Shown here: positions 22,028 to 35,669 of the stretch, in pieces
How the letters are laid out: each line of letters opens with the position of its first letter
How positions within the stretch are numbered: position 1 is the stretch's first letter
From: Saprolegnia diclina VS20
Taxonomy: Eukaryota
Length of the DNA stretch: 64,000 nucleotides
NCBI RefSeq assembly: GCF_000281045.1
Contig: NW_008246092.1
Span: forward strand, 146,853-210,852
Reading direction: 5' to 3'
Position numbers and translations under genes: made by a program
The notes under the pieces: model-generated
What the model was told of the DNA's origin: nothing
Database searches by the model: none
Seen by the model: only the letters and a program-made list of their open reading frames with translations

Positions 22028-24163
22028 TTAGTCGTATCGACACAGTCGTCGCTCAATACGATGGAGGTGGTCCTGGAATGTCGTCCAGCTGCACTGAAGA
22101 AGAGCATTTAGAAGGGGTATGGCCGAGTACACAGCGCCGTCTTGCTGCGCCACGTGCAGCGGCGGCGTGAGCACGAGCTCCAGGGACGTCGCATCGACCG
22201 CGGTGCACGCAGCGAGGTGGCGAAAGAGCAGAATGTGGTGGCGTGGGCGTAGCCACACCATTTGATCCAGCGTCAAAATTGCCAAAACACTTGGCAGCGC
22301 AAAGGTGGCGGCGGCGACAACCACCGCAGTTGCATCCACGCGTGTGGCCTTAATCGAGAGGCTTGGCGCCGCCTTTTCGCGCCGGTGCCAGCAAATGCGG
22401 TAGAGGTACCGCCCGATGCCGCCACGCCAGCGCACTTCCGAAGGCATGAGGATCGTCGGCAGCTGGTGCCGCGATGGTCGGAGCAGTCCTTGCTTGAGGT
22501 CCAGTACATTCGACGTGCTGTAGACGTACTCGGTCAACGCTGGTAGTCGCCGCGCGCGATAGATGAAGGTGACGGCGGTCACGTGGTGCACAACAACGCT
22601 GCGCATTTGTTGAATCGTGATCGTGACGCGCCACGATAGCCATGATATCTCGACCGACGCGCCATGAGTATTGAGACGCGCGCAACGCCCGTGGTCGTCC
22701 TCGATCAACATGGCATCGAGTTCGCGGCGGGCCGCCGTCACAGCCGCCGCGCGCGACTGGAGCTGGAGCTTCAAGCACATACGGGCGTGCTTGAGTCGGT
22801 CCGACGCGAGCTTTTGGTCCCACGCCCGCCACGCCGCCATCACGGCGCGCATGAGCTCGTCTTCGCGCGCCATGTCGGCCGCCTCACGCGCCTCGAGCTG
22901 CGCTTGTAGCGCTTGGCGTAGAAGAAGCGCGCGGGTGCCGCGGGTCACATCTCGCTGCCGCTCCAAGTGCTCGGTACGAGCGCGGCGCCGGGCCAGATGT
23001 CGCTCGTTGCGCTGCAAGTGACGCCACTCCTGCAGCGCCATGTTTGCCACAAGCGCTTCTTGCAGCTGCCAGAAGGTCGCCCGGGCCTTGGCGCGCACAG
23101 AACGATGGCGCGCCGCACGGACCTCTGCGAGAGACGCAATGTCTTGAATCACACACGTCCACCGAAGAAGGCTCTGGCTCGCTAATTCCTTTGCATGAGA
23201 ACAACCAAGGTGTCGAGGCGGTAGCTACCGGCGGGCGGGTGCAGCAGTACATCGTGGGCAGCGTCGATGGCCGCGGCATCAGCACTCGACGTCAAGAAGA
23301 GATGTCCCGCGGCCACCTGCACGGGCTTGAGGTGTCCAAAGAGCTGATGCACCGAGAGGGTACAGAGCGTCCGCCGCAGCTGCGCGGCCAAGATGTCGGC
23401 GACGCGCAGCCGCGTCATTGTCCCTCGCCAGACTCGCTACACCAACGTCAAGCTGTGTACTGCACTACTAGTACAAAGAAAGGTACTACCTGAAGCCGCG
23501 TTGCCATGAGCTCCTCGCGCACTCTCTGGGCGTGGGCGGCCGCGTGCTCCTGCAGTAGCGCGTGGAGTTGGTCCGCCAGCGATTTTTTCGCAGCCATGTC
23601 GCGGACATGGGCAAACCGGCGCCGGTACGCGCGCTGAATGCGGATCGCATGAAACGTCAGCACCTTGACATGCATGTCGTGGGCCTTGCGCAGGGCCACG
23701 TGGTGCTATCATAGCAATCGCTGCCACACGTGCAGAGCAGGGAGGCCGTACCTGCCACAGCTGCAGCCCCGACGCGAGCTTGATGCGGCGCCAGCGCAGC
23801 GACAGCTTTCGAAAGCTAAATTCGAGCATGTAGAGCTGACGTGAGAGCCGCAGCGCCGCATCTACCTACTGCATGCTGCCAACAAACCCATTCGCCAGAG
23901 TCGTGTACCTTGGCACTTTCAAAGATGGTGGCCGTGTCAACATGAGCGGCGTCGTCGAGGCGAAGGAGGCTCGGCTGCAAGTGGCGATGCAGGCTCTCTG
24001 CGAGCTGCACTTGGTACAGCGCATTGCGCGGCGCGGCGTGGGCTTGGTTGACGCTCCATATCTGCTCGTGCCGAAGCTTCCCCGAGAGCTCGTCCCGCAG
24101 CCGGCGCACAATCGACTTGGCTGCCTTGGGCTGCTTGGACCCCCGGCTCTTGGCGTTGGTCAT
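22028..24163 (-). CDS. Hypothetical multi-exon protein with an IQ-like motif and coiled coil
   Basis: Chain of same-strand ORFs (23816-24163, 23448-23699, 23182-23418, 22028-23152) with plausible GT-AG junctions; HAIRIQRAYR. Confidence 0.5.
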
Positions 24164-24381
24164 GCCAGCAGTTTCAACTCATCATGCAACGTCCTCGTTG
24201 AGCATCTCGCCAGTCCTGAGTTCCTAGTGAGTGGAGGCTCATGATCCTCGACAGAGGCATCATAGCGATCGAGTCCCCCAACCGACTGAAAGTCGCTGTA
24301 GTCGATCCTAGACTAATACACGAAGAGAAACAAGGTGGAGTGTATTTGCGGCGGCAATATTCTAGTACGACACGAAACGAC

Positions 24382-25925
24382 TTAGTTGATGACGACAGAC
24401 CACGGGTGCGGCTTGCGACCATACTGGATGTCGGTCATCTCCTTCCAGATGCGCTTGGTGAGCTGGCCGCTCTTGCCGTCTTCGGCGTCGAGCGGCACGT
24501 CAATGTCCTCGCCGTTGTAGTTGATGAGCTTGACAGGCGAGATGACCGCGGCCGTGCCCGAGCCAAAGATCTCGAGGAGGCGCCCTTCTTTTTGCGCCTT
24601 GACGATCGACGGCATCGTGATCGTGTGCTCCGAGACCTTGAACTCGCCCCAGCCGCGCGTGAGCTCGAGGATCGAGTCACGCGTGACACCCGGGAGAATG
24701 TCGCCACGGTGCAGCGGCGCCGTCACGAGCTCCTTCTCGCCGGCGTCGTTGATCCAGTAGACAAAGAGGTTCATCGTGCCGACTTCAGTCACAAAGTGCT
24801 CCTCGCCAAAGAGCCACAGAATCTGCGAGTAGCCCTTCTTGTTGGCCTCCATCTGCGGCATGATCGTCGCGCCATAGTTGCTATGCACATCATGAAATTG
24901 CGCAATCAGGTAAAATAATCGTCGTACCCGCCAACCTTGGTGTTGCCGGTACCGCCGGGCCACGCGCGGACGTACGTGTCGTCGGCAAAGAGCTTGACGG
25001 GGTTGAAGCCTTCGGGGTAGTACGGCCCGACCGGCGACAGGATCACAAACACCTTGGCCTTGGTCGACGCACCGACGCCAATGTGGGGCTAATACAAAGA
25101 GCATATGTGAGAAGGACCATAGGCCATTGCGCATACGTGGGTGCTAATGCCGGTCGGGCGCAGGTAGAGCGAGTAGCCGTCGCCCTTGGGGATCCAGTCC
25201 TTGTCGAGCAAGACGAGCTGCTCGATGCACTTGATGAGCTCCTCCGAGTCGAACGTCTGCATAAAAGCTGCATGAGGAGCCATCCACGGAAGTTATTATG
25301 GTCCTGTACCGGCAGGAAGAGACGCTCCATCGAGTTGTTCATGCGGGCCATGTTCATGTCGGGGCGGAAGAGACGGATCTTGCCATCGTCGTTGATGTAC
25401 GCCTTCATGCCTTCAAAGCACTAGCCGCACTGTCGTGAGCGACAAACCGCATCACGTGCAAGTCTACCTGCAGCGCGTAGTGCAACGAGCTGCTCGCCGG
25501 GTCCACGCTGAGCGGGCCATACGGGCTACGGACCATGCATGAGCCGCCTGGCTTCGCCACTCGAAGCGACGACATACCGGATCAAGGGCTTGCCCCAGCC
25601 CGTCTTCTGGTCCCAATCGATCTCGAGCATGTGGTCCGTGAACGTCGTGCCAAACGTCAGCGTCTCCTTGGCCACCTTGGCCTACGCAGGTACATGCATT
25701 CATGAGCATTGATGCCATCATCTTCATCCTTGTCGAAGCCATGTACCTTGGGATGCATCGTCTTGTGGATGATCGTCTTAGTGGACTAAAGAGAGATTGC
25801 ATGTTCGCTGAGCCATTTTCCATCTTCATGGCGCATGTACGTACGTCGAGGCCGGCGAGGGCGGAGAAGGCCTTCGTGGCCTGGCCAGCGCGAAGCGACG
25901 CGTGGAGGTGGCGGGCGACGAACAT
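24382..25925 (-). CDS. BCAT: Branched-chain amino acid aminotransferase with probable mitochondrial presequence, multi-exon
   Basis: [41 protein letters not shown] (PLP Lys), [27 protein letters not shown]. Confidence 0.95.
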
Positions 25926-26813
25926 GACTTGTCGGTGGCAGATTCGAGAATGATGAAACACCCGCGCACCACAGGCGTGGTGCAATATTAAAAGAGAGAG
26001 GTTTTGGATCTCCCTGGATGTGATTGGCCGAAACCTTGAAGTGTGGGTTGCAGTTCGGGACGCGGTGCATTTGATTCGCTACGGCGCGACCACCTGCCAT
26101 GTGATTGGTCAAAATCAGCTGTCGCGACTCTCAAAATCCTTGGGCGAACCCACTGTGGGACTTGATATCCGATCCTCCTCGGCGCCGCATACGACTCGGA
26201 AGAGTTTGCTTGACCAAGGTCCTGCCAATCGGTCGCACCGAGAGAGAAGAGCAGCTGCTCTCCTGAAGAGAATACACTGCGACCTCGCTATATGAATACC
26301 TTGGGTCGCGATGTGTCCACCGCGCGGCTTCAACTGCAAGCCGTGCGCGATATGTGACAAACGCGCGACCGATCCAGCGTTTGGCACTTGTTGATGCAAT
26401 TTTAAAAAACACTGGAAGCTGGGAACAGTGCCGAATGCTGCCCACACGGCACCACGAGGCGGCGACATCGCGTTGCCACCGACCTCGCTGATGCGCAATC
26501 GGGTCCAAGGAGCTGGTCGAAGGTACTTGCGGCGTGCAGCCGCAGCCCCTCACCACAAGAATTGGGGCAAATCTGAGATTCCGTCGCGCGGTTGGCACGG
26601 TATTTTGGCCGCCCATGCGGAGCCGCCCGTGGGACCGTCAGCAATGGCGTCAGTGGCACAAAGCCTCGATGACGACACCCAGGCAGCTCAGACAGGCGCA
26701 CAGTATACACCACGCGTCTGCGTGGCCTTTTTAGATAGCCATTTAGATAACATAATATCGAGCAGTATAGTTAACACGACCGCCCAGGATGACAGGATTT
26801 GGCAAAGATCGCG

Positions 26814-29800
26814 ATGGAAACGGCGTGGCGGAACGCTGAATGCGTCACGTCGCTCTACGACTGCCTTCGCGACCTCGAGCTACGCAACGCCGAGCTCGAG
26901 GCCGAGGTGCTGCAGTGGCGCGAGACGAGCAAGGCGGCGCGGACGTCGGATGCGACGGCCAGCGTCGACCTCTCCCGCGTGCTGCGCGAGCGCGACGAGT
27001 GGCGAGAGCGCTGCGAGGCGCTAGAAAATACATCCCGCCGCCTCGAGTCCAAGCTCTCGACAATATGCAAGGAGCATGCCGAGCAGATTGCCAAATGGAA
27101 GGAGCGCACGGTGTTTGACCCAAACGAGCCCAAGCGCATCGCGCTCTGCATGACGTCGCTGCAAAAGACGTTGGACGCGCGCCTCGAAGAGAACGAAGCG
27201 ATGGTCCAGCGCCTCCGTACGGCGCACGCGCAGCAAAAGACGCTGGTCGAAGACAACCACGCGCTTCGGGACCGGCTCGCTGAGCACGTGGCGTTCGTCG
27301 AGCACCACCGCCGGCATCTGCTTCGGTCGCTCGTGGATCGACAGCACCGGTCGTGGATCCATGCTGCTTGGTGCACATGGCTTCGGCGCCATTGGCAGAC
27401 GCAGCTGCGCGACGACATTCAAGCCCGAGACGCGACGACCGAGGCACTCGCAGAGGCCGAGCGCGCGACGCGGGAGACTCATTACGTGGCCTGCCTTCGG
27501 CGCAAACAGGCGCGCCGTTGCGCACAAAGCAGCTTGGCTGCGTGGCAACAGCACGTGATGCGGCTTCGTCAGGCAAAGCTCGTTGACGGTGTGACCGACC
27601 ATCTCATGCCGCCCGTGTAGGCGCGTGTCAACGTGATCGCCCGGTGGCGCACACTCAACCGGCGCACGCTAGAAAGCTCGTTTCAGTGCTGGCGCGCTTC
27701 GCAGCACCGCCTGCGCGTGCTTCGGCGCGTACTCACCCGCAGCGATCGGCGCTCTGTACAGCGCGCCCTCCAACGCTGGCGTCACACGCAGTACGAAGAC
27801 GCGTCGGCAGCCAAGGACGCCCGCGTCGCCGAGCTTCAAGCAGCACTAACAGATGCCGAGGCCCAGCACGAACGCACCCAAAGAGAGCTTGAGGACGCGG
27901 CCGCCCGCATTGCCTCCTGTGAAGAAACGCTCGATACGCTGGCCGTGGCCACGGACCGCGAGCGGCTCGCCGAGGTTGCGCGACACAACGTGCTCACACA
28001 GCGGCTTGCGGACGAGCGCTGGCAGACGCTGCACGTTCGGCGGCTCCAAGACGTATTGCGGGTGTGGCGATGTTGCACCAAGCAGCGCGCGCGCCTCCGC
28101 GCCTGCGAGATGCAATGGCGCCGGCGCCAAGCACAGTACGCGCTCCACCTGTGGCATAAGCGCGCTCGACTCCGACGCTACTGCGAACCACTCTACTGGC
28201 ACCTTGTGACGCGCCGACTTTTGCGGCACACGCGTCTCTGCTTTGACGCTTGGAAGTCGAAGGCGGTGCACACAAAACACCGCCGCCAACGTGTGGCGAC
28301 ACTGGTTCGCCGCCGAGCGACCGCCACGTACCTTTGTCCGTCCTATTCGCACTGGTGTGCGTACGTGATGCAGCGCTGTTCGCGTCGAAGTCTTCTCGTG
28401 CGTCTCGCGCAGCGCAAGTGCCGCCGACTTTCCCAGCTGGCCGTTCACCGCTGGGTGCTGCATCGAGCCGCCTGCGAGAAGCGGGGCGACCGAGTGCGCG
28501 CCCTGCTGTTGCAAGTAATTGCGCAGGAGGACCACGTGCGGCAGTACAACGCGTACCACCGATGGGCGGCATTCACTGCCCATCGGCAGTGCGTCCGCCA
28601 GTTTACAGAACAGCAGGCGCGGCGGTCTGCTCGACACGTCGTCCAGCGCACCTGGTGTACATGGCGACAGTATCTGAGCCACAAAGAACGTCAGCGTGAT
28701 GAACTGCGGCGTACCGTGGTGATGTACAGCGTCCGACGACCGCTGTGCGCGGGCTGGATGCATTGGCGGCAGATCCATGTTCAGCTCCAACTGCACGAAC
28801 AGCATTTAGAGGACGTCGCGCGGCGCGACGCTGCCACGGCCTCGCTCCGCGCGTCCCTCGCGCTCGCCGAGGGTGACGTAGTCGCTGCCCACGCCGCCAT
28901 CGCGGCACTTCAGACCGAGATGGCATCGATCGCGGCAGACGGTGCGGCCTCGGCGACGACGGCTGCTACCTTGACACAGCGCTTAGCGACGCTCGAGAAC
29001 TGTCTCATGGCGCGCGAAGAAGCGACGCAGCACCACCTTGCTTGTGCGAGGCACGACCACGGGCGCATGACCATGTGTCTGGTACGAAGGCGCGCGTCAC
29101 GGGGCACGCTAACGCGCATTTGTGGTGATTTGCGTAGGAAGACTATGCGATGCGGCTGTGGCAAGCGCACGACGCGTCTGCGCAATGGCAATCGATGCAT
29201 GCGTTGGCAACACGTGCGCACACGAGCACGATCGAGCAGCTCGAGACCGTTCAAGACCAGTTGGTTGCGACTGTCGCCCGCAAAGCGCTGCAAATCTGGC
29301 TGCAAAAGTCGAGTGTGTTTGTGTTCAACCGCTGGAAGACCTTTGTTAAACAGCGCCGGTCGTGTGCCGATCGAATGCGCTCCATACTGCGTCTATGCCA
29401 CATCAACGTTCTCCAGCGCACCTTTGGTTGCTGGAAGGAGCTTCGCCTCCGCCGCAAGCGGCAAGCGGCCATCCTCGGCCGGTGGCAGTCGCTCCACGCG
29501 ACGTCGCTGCTGCGGTCCACGTACAAGGCCTGGGTATACAATGTCAAGTGCGCCAAGTACCTCGGCCACTTGGTGCGTACGCTGGGTAGCGCCTTTCAGC
29601 ATACGTCGCTCCGCCATCTCTTCTCGGTCTGGCACGCGTGGATGGCTGAGCGAAAAACCGTACGCCGCGCGCTACAGATCATTGCCGCCTACCGGTGCGT
29701 ATGCTTCCGGTAGCTCGTCAATAACGCGGTTCATGCGTAGACTTCGTGAGGCCCTTGATGCATGGAGCGCAACGGCCGAGCGCCTTGGCGCGCAGCGCTA

Positions 29801-32800
29801 CGCGGCGCAGCTCGCGCTCGGCGCTGCGACGCTCCAGAAGGCGTATGCAGCAGCCTTGCAACACTACTGGTTTGGCTCGTGGGTCGACCACGCGATGAAG
29901 CTCAAGCACGACCGGCTCTTGTTGCTACGCTGTGCGGCCCGTCTTCGTCATCTAAGTGTCGGGCGGCCGTTCAATACGTGGCGTGACCACGGCCACGAAC
30001 GACGTGCGCGTCGGTCCAGTTGCGACCGACTTGGTCGTGTCGTCCACAACCATTGGTGCCGCGCGGCCTACAGTCGTTGGCGCCAGCAGTGGCTTCTCGG
30101 CTTGCAGCGCGACCGGACCGCCGCGATCCTTCACGCACAGCGTCTCCAGCACGACCTCGACACCTTGAAGCAGAGAGCGCAGTCGGCCCAACATCGAGCT
30201 TCCCATTTGCAAGCACAGCAGGTTGCTGCCTTGGTGGCGCGGGCGTCGCGCAACGTAATGCGCTCTGCGTTCATCGCGTGGCGTACTCTGCACGAGGTGC
30301 AAAAAGCGCGGCATGCACGTGTGCAGCATGGCCTTCGCCGTTGCCATCAGCAGCATGTCGCACAAACATGGCGTGCGTGGCACCACTGGGCATCCCAGCG
30401 CCAGGTGTACCGCACGCACTTGACTGTCCAGACTCTGCGATGTCGCCAGCTCTCTGCGCTTCGTCGGTGGCGGCGGCGTCTCGCCGAGACCCAACGAGAA
30501 ATTGCGTTCTGTGTCATTGCCGACGCATTCGTGGTCACTCGCAGACTGCAGCAGGCATGGCGCGGATGGCTCGCAGCTCGCGCCCACGACGTGCGCGCCA
30601 GAGACGTCCTCTTGTCGGTGCTGCGTCGCTGGGAGACGACCCAAGTGGACTGCTTCTTTCGTCGGTGGCACCAGACACGCATAGCGATCGCGACATTTGA
30701 GAGGCGGCGCGCGGCGCTGCAGAGGCGGCAGATACGGCAGCACCTGCAGCGCTGCTTAATAGCGTGGGTCCACTGCACGCACGACCGCCGCGTGCGGCAG
30801 CGCCAGTATACTGCTGCTGATGGCTTGTGCCAGCGACGTACCTTTCAGCGCTGGCGCCAAGCTGCGTACAAACGTGGCTACGTGCGCTACCTCTTATGTC
30901 GCGTCGAGCGCCGGAACTACCGGTCCGCCTGGGTGCTTTGGCTCCGCGGGATGGCCGCGGCCGATGTGGCACAGCTGCACGCCACTGTCGCGGCATTGGA
31001 AACCGAGCTCGCGCGCGTGCAGACATCCTCGACTGCGGCCTCCGCCGACCTGGCAGCGTCGCTCGACATTCACGAAGCCACTGCCAAGTCGCTGCAAGTC
31101 GCGTTGCGCGAGCGTTCTGCGAGCTTGGCGGCGTATGTTGACAAGACCCGGCACGTCCAGCACCTCGGACGGTGCTTGCGCGCGTGGTTGCAGCTTGTTC
31201 ACTGCCGCGTGCAAGCCGCTGCCACCACCGTGGCGTTCTTCCAGCGCCGACGAGCAGATCATATCCGATCGATCGCGTTAGAGTCGTGGCGTGTCCGTGT
31301 CAAGCGGCGTCAGCGACGTTGTCGACTCACAAGCAAGTTTCAAGCGCGGTACCTCACACGCGCGGTCGCCCAGTGGCACAAACAGACTACGACAAAGGTG
31401 CATTGTACGACATTTCGTGCCAAAGTGTCTAACTGACGTCATCTAGCTCGTCCTACGGCGCGTCATGACGTGTCTGATGCGACGCGGGCTCGGGTTGAAG
31501 CGCCTCGCGTGGCGTCATTGGCTGCTGATCGTTGTTGTCCGTCGCTTGGCCTTGACGCACGCGACGGTGTTGGACCGCGAACGCCGTCTCTCGATGGACG
31601 CTGGCCTGCACGCCTCGGTGGCCGCCAACGTACAAGCGCACTTTTGTTTCTGAAACGAATTCCAATCTCAACTCTGTAGCGGGACGTGATCACGTGGAAG
31701 CGCAAGTGGGCCATCTCGCTCGTCATCTCGCGAATGCGCTGGAGCCGGCGCTGTCGGCAAATGGCAAGCTTCCAGCAGTGGCAGCACGCAACATCCAAGG
31801 TCGCGTGGCAGGCGCAGACTCGTCGCGCGAGCCAGCGTCGCGAGTCGACGTTTGGTGTCGAGCTGCAGGCAGCCCTTGCATCGGCCAGCGCGGCGCATGT
31901 TCACGCCACCGAAGCGCTTGTGGCGCCGCTTCGGACACTGTTGCACATTCTCTTTCGCGCCAAGTCGATTGAGGCGCTTCTCGACGGCGTCGCAGCATGT
32001 GCTCTTCCCCACACGACCGGTACATTCTTGCATTTGATCTTGGATGCTGAAATAAGATCTTGGTGTAGGCTTCCTGTGGCTTGCCAACCCTACCAACGAC
32101 GAGCTGTGGTCCAAGGCCAACGATGCAGTCGTTGCCGTGCCAAGTCACATGGGCATCGCAGGACGTGTGTTTACGTCCGGAGCAGTCTTTCGATCGACCG
32201 ACGTGGCCGCTGACCGGACCTTTCACCCCATGGTCGACGAGGTAGAGCCGTCTGTAACTGCGGTGCCTGAGAGGACCGTAGTGTGTGCTTGCTCCTTTGC
32301 TGCGTCGAGCTACCGCCCCTCGTGAGCCGCTCCGACTTGTCTGCGTCCCCATTCAATCGCAGAAAGGTAGCGCTGCATCGTTTTCTCGATTTGGTCGACC
32401 ATCTTGGTGCAAACAGGACCGGCACTGGGTGTCGTGCAGATGGCGTGCGCTGCGTCCGCGTCCGCGACAGACATGTTCGTGCTGTGCCATGCCGCGGCTT
32501 TTGCCAGTACACATTCTCCACTGCTGTCGCTTATGCTTGACGACTCGAGTAGTCGAGTGCATCTTGACCGACGCATTGAAACACGCTACAAAAGAGGCGA
32601 CCAGCGGTGCTGCCATCACGCGCGCCAAGCTCACCAAGACCTTCAAGCAACACCGCAACTGGAGGATCTACTACACGGACTTGGCCCGTCGGTTCTCGGC
32701 GCTGCAAGCCGACCACGCAGCACTAGAGGCCGCCAAAGCCTTGTGTGACGACGACGTCGCGTCGCTCCAGCACCGCATCGCCACCGCCGAGCGCCGACAC

Positions 32801-33250
32801 CGCGCCGCGGAGTCCGAGCTGCACGAGGTAGCACAACACATCGTAGCGGGTCGAGAGCTGACGATGCATCTCGCCTAGCACATTGCAGCCAAGCAGACGC
32901 AGCTGCAGGAGAAGATCTCGGCATTGGAATCCGCGCTGATTGCGCGGGAGGACGCGGTGGTCGACCTTCGTCATGACGTGGAGGCCAAAAGCGCCAAGTT
33001 GCGTCAGTACAAGGCCGCACTGCAGAGCTATCGGGTCCGCGCTCGGAGCGAAGCGCCGCCGACGCAAGACGACGGCAGCAGTATGCAGCGGGCGGCGGAG
33101 ATCTCGAATTTGCGCAACCAGCTCGGACGAGCCCAAGCCGACGCGCAGTTCTTAGCGAAAGCGATAGCCCACGCGATGCTGCACGACGGATGCCTCCCAC
33201 GCTCCATGGAGGCCGAAGTGCTTCGCATTTGCTCGGCGCAAACTGCGTAA
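26814..33250 (+). CDS. Very large Sfi1-repeat (centrin-binding-type) coiled-coil protein with C-terminal GAF-like domain, multi-exon
   Basis: Many (L/F)xxW(R/K) repeats (SSFQCWR, ALQRWR, CFDAWK, AFIAWR, FFRRWH). GAF-like FLWLAN...ELWS...MGIAGRVFTSG...DVAADRTFHPMVD at ~32070-32240. Confidence 0.7.
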
Positions 33251-33292
33251 ACCGCAGTGAACTATCCAAATTACTATCAATTTATCAACTAC

Positions 33293-34331
33293 CTATCGAT
33301 GTATCGGGTGGTACGTCGTCGACTTGGTACGGCGAAGGGTGTCTTGGGTCCTTGCCTGGCTCGCACGTGTTGGGGCTAAAAAGCTTGACTCGAAGGCGGG
33401 CTTTCGGCGAGTTGCAATCACGGCGGCCTTGGCGGGTGGTGCTACAGATGTGAATGGTTTTGCTTTGAGTTTGCGCAGCGGGGGCGGCTCGGGGGAGCTC
33501 TGCGCAGTGGCCAGCAGCGATTTCTTGGTCGTAGATCGCTTCGTCTTGGCAGTTGGCAACTTTCGCTTCGACTTGGTGGATAGCGTTGTAGCATCCAGAG
33601 CAATAGTAAAGCTAGGATGTCGACTCTCGATGGGGTCGAAAGTGCGTGTAGTCTTGGTCTCGACGGTGCTCTGTGGCGCTGTCCGGCTCGGCGCTGGCAC
33701 TCTAAGAACTGACGCATCCTGCTGGTGAACTGAGGTATCGTGGTGGCTTTTCTGCAGCATCATCTTTTGGCGTGCGCGAATCGACTCGGAGAGCTCGAGC
33801 GACTCCTGCAGCGTTGCGCACTGCGCTTGGAGATCGACGTACGCGCCGTGGAGTGCATCGTAGCCGCGCAGCTTGGCGTGCGCTGCAGCCATTGATCGCT
33901 TCATCTGCTTACTATGAGCCAACGCGATGCGAGGACGCAATGCACCTGGTCCATTTCGAAGCGCAGGTGGTCGTTCTCGTTCTGGAGGTCATGCAGATCG
34001 CGCTGGAGACGAATGAGATTGCCCATGCGCCCGCCAGGAATCGTCGATGAGCCCTGGTTGCGCCGCGCCGCGCTTGGCCCTGGCGGTGCCGTAGCTGCAG
34101 GTGCCACGTCACGTACAGCGGCCACTAGCGGCCGCGTCCGGCCCTATTCGCACCAGCCTCAGTCAGCGCCGGTGAGATGGCAAGGAACGCACGGTCGCCG
34201 GGGCGGCCAGCCGCGACGCCAGCTTGGACACGTCGCCTTGGAGGTCCGCGAGCCGCTGCGCCAGCGCTCGCCGGTCCATACGAGCACACGACGTCGACGC
34301 GTCCGGCAGACTCGCGTCGCTCCGCTTCATG
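33293..34331 (-). CDS. Hypothetical coiled-coil protein, multi-exon
   Basis: ALAQRLADLQGDVSKL / LQRDLHDLQNENDHLRFEMDQ / LQAQCATLQESLELSESIRARQK lie in successive ORFs with GT-AG gaps. Confidence 0.55.
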
Positions 34332-35060
34332 ATCAAGATCCGTCGTCTTCGAACTTCGCGTGTACCGAATATCGAAGCAGATTTGAAGAGTCGCTGCATC
34401 AGCTGGGCACCATGCCGGGTCCTTCCATGTGAACCAGCTCTGCACGGTCGGTACATCTACCTTGGCATTTATGTACGTTGGGCACATCCTCGAACGTAGA
34501 AATTGAGCGTCGGGATGCTGCACCGTATACCTGGGTTCGGCGCCACGCGCCTTCACCGTGAGCAATCAGGTGGCTACACGCCGCGACCTCGCCCGCTCGG
34601 CAAGGTGGCGGAGCGCGCCAGTCCACAAGAAGGTACGCTCGCAGAGAGCAAGCGCTGCGACAGTGCGGCAGCAAAATATGACCTTGAATGCCACATCGTA
34701 CCGGGTCGGAATGAGACGCCGCTTTGGCATACAACACCCGCGTGTACCCTGATGCACCCTTGAAGCTCGTTTGCGCGACCACCACGTACGCTGGTTGCGC
34801 AATGCTATGCCCGGCCTTGCGCATCGGGTCTTGCTCGGCCGGCTTTGTTGGGCGTCGATGCTTGGCTCGGTCCTGCATCGGCCCCTCGAATGGACATCCA
34901 GATGGTACGCTCTGCATGATACGCAACTTGCACTCGACCACCATGCACCGAGGTCGACAACGCGAGAAGCAACTCAAAGAGATGTAGTGGAATAGATAAG
35001 TGTTGGTGGGATTAAATAACACACAAGGTTCACGACAGGGCTCTTCCGACTCGGAGCCGC

Positions 35061-35669
35061 TCACAGGTTGACAAACCACGTGGGAAGGAGCGAAAACTTG
35101 GGGTCGACCGGGGGGCACTTGTTTTGGTCCCGCGGACGGTGCTCGCGGAGGAACTCGAGCACCTTGGTGTGGCCGTGCTTCTCGGCGAGCATAAAGCCCG
35201 CGAGCGAGCAGCCTTCGTCGCGGTTCATGACGAGGAACTCGGCAATTTCATAGTCGCCGTTGGACGCGGCCGTGTCGAGCGCGTGTTTCGTGCACTTGCC
35301 GACGTTTTGCTTGTGGAGGAACGTGACGAGCGCCGTGTCACGGAGCTGCGCGGCCGTGTTGATGCCGTAGAGGTACCCGCCTTCGAAGCTCGGGCACGTG
35401 TAGCCGGTCGGGCGCTCGGCCATGAGCGCTTTCGCGCTGCGCACGTCCTTCTTCTCGATGAGCTTGAGGAGCACGTAGGCGCGGAACATGTCGGGCGATG
35501 CGAGCAGCGCCTGCTTTTGCTTCTTGCACACAAGCGCGTGCTTGGTCTTCTTGCGGTAGCCCATGACGATCTTGGAGACGCCTTGGCTGAGGCCGTGCTG
35601 GTACGAGAGGATCGAGTCGAGGAGCGGGCCGTTCGTGAGCACCGCGAACGCAACGTCGCCGGACGCCAT
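35061..35669 (-). CDS. Short ankyrin-like repeat protein, paralogue 1 (202 aa, no CaaX)
   Basis: VLTNGPLLDSILSYQHG...FRAYVLLKL...ALDTAASNGDYEIAEFL...EGCS...LAEKHGHTKVLEFL; ends WFVNL*. Confidence 0.85.
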   Translation of the reverse strand: MASGDVAFAVLTNGPLLDSILSYQHGLSQGVSKIVMGYRKKTKHALVCKKQKQALLASPDMFRAYVLLKLIEKKDVRSAKALMAERPTGYTCPSFEGGYLYGINTAAQLRDTALVTFLHKQNVGKCTKHALDTAASNGDYEIAEFLVMNRDEGCSLAGFMLAEKHGHTKVLEFLREHRPRDQNKCPPVDPKFSLLPTWFVNL

